Sequence record: NZ_CP027237.1
Length of the DNA stretch: 5,399 nucleotides
Reading direction: 5' to 3' (one strand)
Source: a plasmid
Made by a program: the position numbers and the translations under genes. Shown one piece after another: positions 1-5,399 of the stretch; positions within the stretch are counted from its first letter, which is position 1; the number at the start of each line of letters is the position of its first letter. Under the pieces are notes generated by a model. It worked only from the letters and a program-made list of their open reading frames with translations, had not been told where the DNA came from and searched no databases.

Positions 1-64
1 TAGGCGGTGGCCCAGGGGGGGAGGAGCGCACCGGGCACGACCCGGTGGACCGACTCGCCGCACC

Positions 65-1192
65 TTGCCAGGGGCCGGGCAGGGCCCCGGCGTGGCAGGT
101 GCAGGCGAGTCGGTCCACCCGCGGTCGCTCCCGGGCTGGCTCGCTACCCCCCTGGCCACCGCCTACGACGTTGCCCTGCTGGATCTCGACGGCGTCTGCT
201 TCGCCGGCGACGCCAGGGTCCCCTACGCCGCCCAGGGCGTCGGCGGGGCCCGGGCCGCGGGCATGCGCCTGTCCTTCGTCACCAACAACGCCTCCCGGGC
301 GCCCGCGCAGGTCGTGGCCAAACTGGGGGCCCACGACATTGAGGGCCACCCGGAGGAGGTCTTCACCGCCGCCATGGACGCCGCCGCCATGCTGCGCGAG
401 CACCTGCCAGCTGGCTCCCTGGTCCTGGTGGTGGGAGGGGACGGGGTCCGCCAGGCCCTCCTGGACGAGGGCTTCCGGGTCACCAGCACCTCCGACGACG
501 ACCCCGCCGCCGTCGTCCAGGGCTGGGACCCCTGCGTGGACTGGGCGCTCCTGTCCGAGGGCCTGTACGCCATTACCAAGGGGGCCCTGCACGTGGCCAC
601 CAACCTCGACGCCACCCTGCCCACGGAGAAGGGCTTCGCCCTGGGCAACGGGAGCCTCGTGGCAGCCATTGCCAACGCCTCGGGCCGTACCCCGCTGGCC
701 GGTGGCAAGCCCTACCCGGGCATCTACGAGCGCGCCCTGGCCCGCGCCGGAGGGGTACGGCCCGTGGCCGTGGGCGACCGCCTCAACACCGACCACGTGG
801 GGGCCCGCGCCGCCTCCATCCCCGGCCTCCACGTCCTGACCGGGGTGTCCACCGCCCGTGACGTCGTCCTGGCCCCGCCCGCCGAGCGCCCCGCCTTCCT
901 GCACACCGACCTGCGCGGTCTCCTCCAGCCCCACCCCGAGCCGGTGCGCGTGGTCGTGGACGGTGACACGTGGTGGCAGGTCGGCCAGGAGCTGGCCCGC
1001 GTGGAGGCCGACCACCTGGTTCTGGCCCGTGCCCCGCGTCCCGGGGCCCGCCAGGACCTGACCGGGGCCGCCGCCACCCTGACCCTGGACGCCTACCGGG
1101 CCGCCGCCAGCGCCGCCTGGGCCCACGCGGACGAGGCGGGGCAGGAGGCCCTGAGCGTGCCCGAGCTGACGGTGGGCCCCCCAGGACCATGA
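65..1192 (+). CDS. HAD-superfamily subfamily IIA hydrolase/phosphatase (Rv1692/NagD-like)
   Basis: 375-aa ORF in frame 2. HAD motif I is DLDGV (..VALLDLDGVCF..), motif II is the Thr/Ser in SFVTNNAS, motif III is the Lys in GGKPYP, and motif IV is the acidic pair in VGDRLNTDHVGA. The track start is a TTG at 65, and an in-frame GTG at 92 is an alternative, so the true start is uncertain. The stop TGA at 1190-1192 overlaps the ATG of the next ORF. Confidence 0.8.
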   Translation: MPGAGQGPGVAGAGESVHPRSLPGWLATPLATAYDVALLDLDGVCFAGDARVPYAAQGVGGARAAGMRLSFVTNNASRAPAQVVAKLGAHDIEGHPEEVFTAAMDAAAMLREHLPAGSLVLVVGGDGVRQALLDEGFRVTSTSDDDPAAVVQGWDPCVDWALLSEGLYAITKGALHVATNLDATLPTEKGFALGNGSLVAAIANASGRTPLAGGKPYPGIYERALARAGGVRPVAVGDRLNTDHVGARAASIPGLHVLTGVSTARDVVLAPPAERPAFLHTDLRGLLQPHPEPVRVVVDGDTWWQVGQELARVEADHLVLARAPRPGARQDLTGAAATLTLDAYRAAASAAWAHADEAGQEALSVPELTVGPPGP

Positions 1193-1377
1193 CCTCCGAC
1201 GCCCTCCTACCACTCCGGGACCAGGTGGCCGCCCACCCGGTCCCGGGCCCGCTCCCACCCCGGATCCTGCAGGCGCGTGAGGGCGTGGAGGCCGCCGCGG
1301 GCCTGCCCCTGGCCAAACGGGCCGCCGCCCTCCAGGAGGTCCGTGCCATGCTGGAGGCCGCCCTGCAGGCGGACTGA
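1189..1377 (+). CDS. Small conserved hypothetical protein (62 aa; position-equivalent to mycobacterial Rv1693)
   Basis: ATG at 1189-1191 overlaps the HAD gene stop as ATGA (1189-1192), and the frame stays open to TGA at 1375-1377 (MTSDALLPLRDQ...EAALQAD). The longer 970..1377 track ORF would overlap the HAD gene out of frame, so the short form is preferred. Assignment rests on synteny and the overlap architecture only, with no recognisable domain. Confidence 0.45.
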   Translation: MTSDALLPLRDQVAAHPVPGPLPPRILQAREGVEAAAGLPLAKRAAALQEVRAMLEAALQAD

Positions 1378-1429
1378 GCCGCTGCACGTACACGCTCAAG
1401 GCCGGGCGCCGCCCGCCTGCCCCCACAGA

Positions 1430-1442
1430 CAGGAGAAGGAGG
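1430..1442 (+). promoter_or_regulatory. Shine-Dalgarno / RBS for tlyA (AGGAGAAGGAGGG)
   Basis: A purine-rich AGGAGAAGGAGGG stretch ends 4 nt upstream of the GTG start at 1446. It lies in the only real intergenic gap of the cluster (1378..1445). Confidence 0.6.
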
Positions 1443-1445
1443 GCC

Positions 1446-2303
1446 GTGGCCCGACTCATTCGCATTGACTCCGAGCTCGTGCGCCGCGGGCTGGCCCGCT
1501 CACGTACCCAGGCCGCCCAGATGGTCACCGACGGGCACGTCACCCTCGACGGCGTCGTGGTCACCAAGCCCGCCCGACAGGTCGACCCCGCCCAGGCCCT
1601 GGAGATCCGCGTCCCCGACGACGGGTACGTCTCCCGCGGCGCCCACAAGCTCGCCGGGGCCCTGGACGCCCTGGGCTCCCGTGGCCTGGCGCCCACCGTG
1701 CGCGGGCGGCGCTGCCTGGACGCGGGGGCCTCCACGGGGGGCTTTACCGACGTGCTCCTGCGCCGTGGGGCCGCCCACGTGACCGCCGTGGACGTGGGCT
1801 ACGGGCAGCTGGCCTGGTCCCTCCAGTGTGACCCGCGGGTCACCCAGCTGGACCGGACCAACGTGCGCACCCTCGACCCGGCCGCGGTGGCCCCCGCCCC
1901 CGCCCTGGTGGTGGGGGACCTGTCCTTTATCTCCCTGACCCTGGTCCTGGGCCCCCTGCTGCGGGCCGCCGCCCCCGACGCCGACCTGCTGCTCATGGTC
2001 AAGCCCCAGTTCGAGGTCGGCCGGGAGCGCCTGGGGCACGGGGGCGTGGTACGGGACCCCGCCCTCCACGTCGAGACCGTCCTGGTCGTCGCCGACCACG
2101 CCCACCGCCTGGGGGTGGGGATCGACGCGGTGACCGCCTCCCCCCTGCCCGGGCCCGCCGGCAACGTCGAGTACTTTGTGAACATGCACGCAGGCCAGGC
2201 AGGATCCTCCGGCGACCTCACCGGAGACGCCCTCACCCAGGAGACCCGTCGCGCCGTGGCCCAGGGGCCCGCGGGCGCCGGAGGCCGCAGGGGGCGCGTG
2301 TGA
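1446..2303 (+). CDS. tlyA: TlyA, 16S/23S rRNA (cytidine-2'-O)-methyltransferase (hemolysin A family)
   Basis: 285-aa ORF with a GTG start. It has an N-terminal S4-like RNA-binding region (MARLIRIDSELVRRGLARSRTQAAQMVTDGHVTLDGVVVTKPARQVDP), then an FtsJ/RrmJ-type SAM methyltransferase core (YVSRGAHKLAGALD, LDAGASTGGFTDVLLRRGAAHVTAVDVGYGQL, GDLSFISL, MVKPQFE). The C-terminal tail (~aa 250-285, Gly/Ala/Arg-rich) is ~15-20 aa longer than M. tuberculosis TlyA. The stop TGA at 2301-2303 overlaps the nadK GTG start. Confidence 0.9.
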   Translation: MARLIRIDSELVRRGLARSRTQAAQMVTDGHVTLDGVVVTKPARQVDPAQALEIRVPDDGYVSRGAHKLAGALDALGSRGLAPTVRGRRCLDAGASTGGFTDVLLRRGAAHVTAVDVGYGQLAWSLQCDPRVTQLDRTNVRTLDPAAVAPAPALVVGDLSFISLTLVLGPLLRAAAPDADLLLMVKPQFEVGRERLGHGGVVRDPALHVETVLVVADHAHRLGVGIDAVTASPLPGPAGNVEYFVNMHAGQAGSSGDLTGDALTQETRRAVAQGPAGAGGRRGRV

Positions 2304-3220
2304 GCATCCGCCGTATCCTCCTGGTCCAGCGCGACCTCAACGACCAGCCGGTCCCGCCCCACCGGCGGGGCGCCTCCGTGGCCGGGGCCGTCGCCCAGCT
2401 GGGTGAGATCTGCCGCTCCCAGGGCGTGGAGCTGATCACCCAGGACGAGCTGGTCACCGACCTGACCCAGGGCGCCAGCATCGACTTCGTCCTGGTCCTG
2501 GGGGGTGACGGCACCATCCTGCGGGCCGCCGAGCTGGCGCGTGAGCAGGACGTCCCCCTCCTGGGGGTCAACACCGGTCACGTCGGCTTCCTGGCGGAGG
2601 CCGACCCCGAGGCCCTGGAGCAGGTGGTCGCCGAGGTCGTGGCCGGACGCTACACGGTGGAGAAGCGCATGACCCTGCGCGTGGAGGTCGAGGCCCCTGA
2701 CGGCGCCGTCACCCGCGACTGGGCCCTCAACGAGACCGCGCTGGAGAAGCGTGACCGCGCACGCATGCTGGAGGTCGCTATCGGCGTGGACGGGCAGGCC
2801 GTCTCCTCCTTCGGCTGCGACGCCCTGCTCATCTCCACGCCCACCGGCTCGACCGCCTACGCCTTCAGTGCCGGCGGGCCGGTCATCTGGCCCGAGGTGG
2901 AGGCCCTGCTCCTGGTGCCGGTGGCGGCCCACGCCCTGTTCACCCGCCCCCTGGTGCTGGGTACCCACTCGACCCTGGAGGTCGTCATTAAGGACGCCGG
3001 GTTCGGCGCGGCCGAGATCTGGTGCGACGGGCGGCGCTGGCACGCGGTGCCCTCAGGATCCACCGTGCGCGTGACCCGCGCGACCCGGCCGGTGCGCCTG
3101 GCCCGGCTCAACGACGCCCCCTTCTCCCAGCGCCTGGTGCGCAAGTTCAACCTGCCCGTGTCGGGGTGGCGGGTCCCCGCCCGGGGGCCGCGCCGTGGTC
3201 AGGGGGAGAGGACAGCATGA
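2300..3220 (+). CDS. nadK: NAD(+) kinase (inorganic polyphosphate/ATP-NAD kinase)
   Basis: 306-aa ORF carrying the GGDGT motif (LVLGGDGTILRAA), NTGHVGFL (the NE/D short motif) and the conserved DALLISTPTGSTAYAFSAGGPVI segment. GTG at 2300 overlaps the tlyA stop as GTGA, and the stop TGA at 3218-3220 overlaps the recN ATG as ATGA. Confidence 0.9.
   Translation: MSIRRILLVQRDLNDQPVPPHRRGASVAGAVAQLGEICRSQGVELITQDELVTDLTQGASIDFVLVLGGDGTILRAAELAREQDVPLLGVNTGHVGFLAEADPEALEQVVAEVVAGRYTVEKRMTLRVEVEAPDGAVTRDWALNETALEKRDRARMLEVAIGVDGQAVSSFGCDALLISTPTGSTAYAFSAGGPVIWPEVEALLLVPVAAHALFTRPLVLGTHSTLEVVIKDAGFGAAEIWCDGRRWHAVPSGSTVRVTRATRPVRLARLNDAPFSQRLVRKFNLPVSGWRVPARGPRRGQGERTA
3201..3210 (+). promoter_or_regulatory. 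Shine-Dalgarno for recN (AGGGGGAGAGG)
   Basis: A G-rich purine tract lies 6-7 nt upstream of the ATG at 3217, inside the 3' end of nadK. Confidence 0.5.
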
Positions 3221-4997
3221 TCGAGTCCGTCCACATTGAGGACCTGGGCGTCATCCAGGAGGCGGACCTGGCGTTCGGGCCGGGGCTGACCGCCCTGACC
3301 GGGGAGACCGGCGCCGGCAAGACACTGGTCCTGACCTCCCTGGGCCTCCTGCTGGGACAGCGCTCAGAGAGCACGGTGGTGCGTCCGGGGGCCTCCCGCG
3401 CCCTGGTGGAGGGGACCTTCGTCCTGACCTCCGGGGGCCGTGCCGCCGACCGGGCCGTCCAGGCCGGTGCCGAGCTGGACGGGGACCTCCTCATCGCCTC
3501 ACGCACCGTGCCCGCCCAGGGGCGCTCACGCGCCCACCTGGGAGGGCGCTCGGTGCCGTCGGCCGTCCTGGCGGAGGTGGGCTCCGGCCTCGTGTCCGTC
3601 CACGGCCAGGCCGACCAGCTGCGGCTGCGCTCCTCCGCGGCCCAGCGTGCCGCCCTGGACCAGCTGGGGGGCGCGGAGCACGCCCGGCGCTGCCGGGACT
3701 ACGCCACGGCCTTCCGGGCCTGGCGGGAGGCCGCCGCCGCCCTGGCACGGTGGCAGGAGGGGGCGGCTTGGCCGGGCGGCGGAGGCCGAGCGCCTGCGTG
3801 CCTGGCTGGAGGAGCTGGAGCAGCTCGACCCCCGCCCGGGGGAGGACGCCGCCCTGGAGGCGGAGGCCGCCCGCCTGGACCACGCCGAGGACCTGCGCCG
3901 GGCCGTCAGCCGGGCACGCGGCGCCCTGAGCGCGGACGAGGCCTCCCAGACGGTCCTGGAGCCCGACGTCGTCGCCCTGGCCGCCGGTGCCGAGCGGGCC
4001 CTGGACAACCGCGGCCGGCCTGGATCCTGCCCTGGGGGACCTGGCCGCCCAGGTACGCCAGATCGGGATCCTCGCCGCCGACGCCGCCAGCGAGCTGGGC
4101 GACTACCTGGCCTCCCTGGACGCCGACCCGGTGCGCCTGTCCTGGGTCCAGGACCGCCGTAGCGCCTTAAGGAGCGCCTGCCAGCGGATCGGCGGGCCCC
4201 AGGAGCTGGAGGACGTGGACGCCCTGCTGGCCTGGGGGCGGCAGGCCAGCGCCCGCCTGGACCAGCTCGACGGCCCGCAGGACGCCGGGAGCCGGCTGGC
4301 GCGCCGACCTGACCGGGGCCCGCCAGGAGCTGGAGCAGGCCGCCGCCGACCTGACCGGGGCCCGCCAGGAGCTGGCCGAGCAGCTGGAGGCGGCCGTCAC
4401 CGCCGAGCTGGAGGGCCTTCAGATGCGCGGGGCTCGCCCTGGTCGTCGAGCTCACGCCCCTGGCCGAGCCCGGGCCCACCGGCGCCGAGACGGTCGCCCT
4501 GCTGCTGGCCGCCCACCCCGGCGCCCCGGCCCTGCCCCTGGGCAAGGGGGCCTCGGGCGGTGAGCTCAGCCGGATCATGCTGGCCCTGGAGGTCGTCCTG
4601 GCCCAGAGTGAGACGGACCCTCAGGAGGCGGGGCGCGGGGGCCCGGCTCACGGCCGCACCTTCGTCTTCGACGAGGTCGACGCCGGTGTCGGCGGCCGGG
4701 CGGCCCTGGAGGTGGGGCGGCGCCTGGCCCGCCTGGCGCGCAGCCACCAGGTGGTCGTCGTCACGCACCTGGCCCAGGTCGCAGCCTGGGCCTCCACCCA
4801 GCTCGTGGTCCTCAAGGAGGTGGACGCCGCCCGGGACGGGGCGCCCACCACCTCCACCCGGGTCGTCCCGGTGACCGGGCAGGACCGGCGTGCGCGAGCT
4901 CGCCCGCATGCTCTCAGGCCACGAGGACTCCGAGGCCGCCCTGCGCCACGCCGCTGAGCTCCTGGCTGAGGCGGGCGTGGCAGAATCCCTGACGTGA
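3217..4997 (+). pseudogene. recN: recN (DNA repair protein RecN, SMC-like ATPase) disrupted by five +1 frameshifts; possible pseudogene or sequencing-error cluster
   Basis: ATG at 3217 begins MIESVHIEDLGVIQEADLAFGPGLTALTGETGAGKT, which is the Walker A. The RecN-like sequence continues in frame 1 to ~3765 (..AWREAAAALARWQE). It moves to frame 2 (..RAAEAERLRAWLEELEQLDPRPGEDAALEAEAARLDHAEDLRRA..) and then to frame 3 from ~4015 (..LDPALGDLAAQVRQIGILAADAASELGDYLASLDADPVRLSWVQDRRSAL..). It moves to frame 1 at ~4302 (ADLTGARQELEQAAADLTGARQELAEQLEAAVTAELEGLQMRGAR) and to frame 2 at ~4438 (LVVELTPLAEPGPTGAETVALLLAAHPGAPALPLGKGASGGELSRIMLALEVV..TFVFDEVDAGVGG..VVVVTHLAQVAAWA.., carrying the signature and Walker B). 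It ends in frame 3 from ~4889 (VRELARMLSGHEDSEAALRHAAELLAEAGVAESLT*), with stop TGA at 4995-4997. The reconstructed length is ~590 aa, which is typical for RecN. No single frame is open across the gene. Confidence 0.75.
4302..4375 (+). repeat. 42-bp in-frame tandem duplication inside recN (32/32 nt identical copies at 4302-4333 and 4344-4375)
   Basis: cgccgacctgaccggggcccgccaggagctgg occurs twice at a 42-nt offset. In the RecN frame it encodes ADLTGARQELEQAA followed by ADLTGARQELAEQLEAA. The copies diverge immediately after gagctgg. Confidence 0.85.
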
Positions 4998-5399
4998 GGA
5001 ACCCCTTCCGCCGTCAGGAGGCGTCGACCCAGGAGCGGCCCAGTGGTGCCGTCCGGGTGGACGCGCGCACCAAGAAGCTCACCAAGAGGCTGCGTCCGGG
5101 TGAGATCGCCGTGATCGACCACACGGACCTGGACCGCGTCTCCGCGGAGGCGCTCGTGGAGTGCCAGCCCGTGGCCGTCCTCAACGCCTCGCCGTCGGTC
5201 TCCGGCCGCTACCCCAACCTGGGGCCGGGCATCCTCCTGGAGGCGGGCATCCCGCTCGTGGACGACCTCGGGCCGGACATTATGCGCCTGCGCGAGGGCC
5301 AGGAGGTCACGGTCGACGGCGCCCAGGTCATCCGCAAGGGCGAGATCCTCGCCGAGGGCGTGGCCCAGACCCGGCAGAGCGTGGACGAGGCCATGCAGG
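4994..5399 (+). CDS. steA: SteA/Rv1697-family protein (putative cytokinesis-associated protein), 5' partial, continuing beyond the window end
   Basis: The frame 2 reading frame is open from a GTG at 4994 to the window end (VRNPFRRQEASTQERPSGAVRVDARTKKLTKRLRPGEIAVIDHTDLDRVSAEALVECQPVAVLNASPSVSGRYPNLGPGILLEAGIPLVDDLGPDIMRLREGQEVTVDGAQVIRKGEILAEG...). The 'VNASPSVSGRYPNLGP' block and the preceding 'RID..D.LLRR..PGDIVV.D..DLDR..AEAL' pattern match my recollection of mycobacterial Rv1697 and corynebacterial SteA. It sits directly downstream of recN, as in those genera. The GTG start overlaps the recN stop as GTGA, and there is no convincing SD, so the start is tentative. Confidence 0.65.
   Translation, partial: MRNPFRRQEASTQERPSGAVRVDARTKKLTKRLRPGEIAVIDHTDLDRVSAEALVECQPVAVLNASPSVSGRYPNLGPGILLEAGIPLVDDLGPDIMRLREGQEVTVDGAQVIRKGEILAEGVAQTRQSVDEAMQ

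Noticed and set aside
7-839. + strand ORFs 7..342 and 45..839 overlapping the HAD gene in other frames
   Set aside because: They are out-of-frame overlaps of the HAD-IIA gene whose motifs unambiguously define frame 2. The translations are Arg/Pro-rich nonsense.
970-1377. Long 135-aa version of the small ORF
   Set aside because: Its first ~73 codons overlap the HAD gene 3' end out of frame. The ATG at 1189, which forms an ATGA overlap with the HAD stop, is a much more plausible start.
1403-1416. Possible hairpin gggcg-c-cgccc downstream of the small ORF as a terminator
   Set aside because: The stem is only 5 bp with a 1-nt loop and no U-tract, so it is not a credible intrinsic terminator. 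The genes are more likely co-transcribed.
1277-1782. Short + strand ORFs 1277..1468 and 1465..1782
   Set aside because: They overlap the small ORF and tlyA in the wrong frames. They have no motifs, and their GC-rich codon pattern is inconsistent with genuine coding (Pro/Arg-rich).
1799-3043. 414-aa reverse-strand ORF spanning tlyA and nadK
   Set aside because: It lies antisense to two well-supported genes with clear family motifs. Its translation is a low-complexity Gly/Ala/Arg/Pro string typical of antisense frames in >70% GC DNA, and it has no recognisable domain.
3440-4162. 240-aa frame-2 ORF and 3987..4874 frame-3 ORF as independent genes
   Set aside because: They are not separate genes. 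Their RecN-like middle portions are fragments of the single frameshifted recN, and their N- and C-terminal parts are out-of-frame read-through.
3526-4578. 350-aa reverse-strand ORF, together with 3491..3883, 4167..4400 and 4397..5122 on the - strand
   Set aside because: These are antisense to the recN reading frames. They are extremely Arg/Ala/Gly/Pro-rich with no motifs, as expected for stop-codon-poor GC-rich antisense frames.
3217-4997. Programmed ribosomal frameshifting as an explanation for the recN frame changes
   Set aside because: Five sequential +1 events with no shared slippery motif or stimulatory structure are implausible as programmed recoding. Sequencing error or pseudogenisation are far more parsimonious.

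Overview
This is high-GC (~70%) actinobacterial chromosomal DNA carrying a conserved housekeeping gene cluster, all on the + strand. The order is a HAD-IIA phosphatase-like hydrolase (65..1192), a 62-aa conserved small ORF (1189..1377), tlyA (1446..2303), nadK/ppnK (2300..3220), recN (3217..4997) and the 5' part of a SteA/Rv1697-family gene (4994..window end). This matches the mycobacterial/corynebacterial Rv1692-Rv1693-tlyA-ppnK-recN-Rv1697 synteny. I see no mobile element, CRISPR array, RNA gene or obvious novel accessory system. The striking feature is recN. Its full reading frame is recognisable at the amino-acid level, with Walker A, the ABC signature, Walker B and the C-terminal helix all present. 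However, it is split across three frames by five separate +1 frame steps (1->2->3->1->2->3), while the ~3.2 kb of upstream genes are intact. It also contains a 42-bp in-frame tandem duplication. Either recN is a recently formed pseudogene, which would be unusual for a near-universal DSB-repair gene, or this stretch carries clustered one-directional sequencing indels. Four of the five gene junctions are 4-nt ATGA/GTGA stop-start overlaps, consistent with a translationally coupled operon. All reverse-strand ORFs in the track look like antisense artefacts of GC-rich coding sequence.
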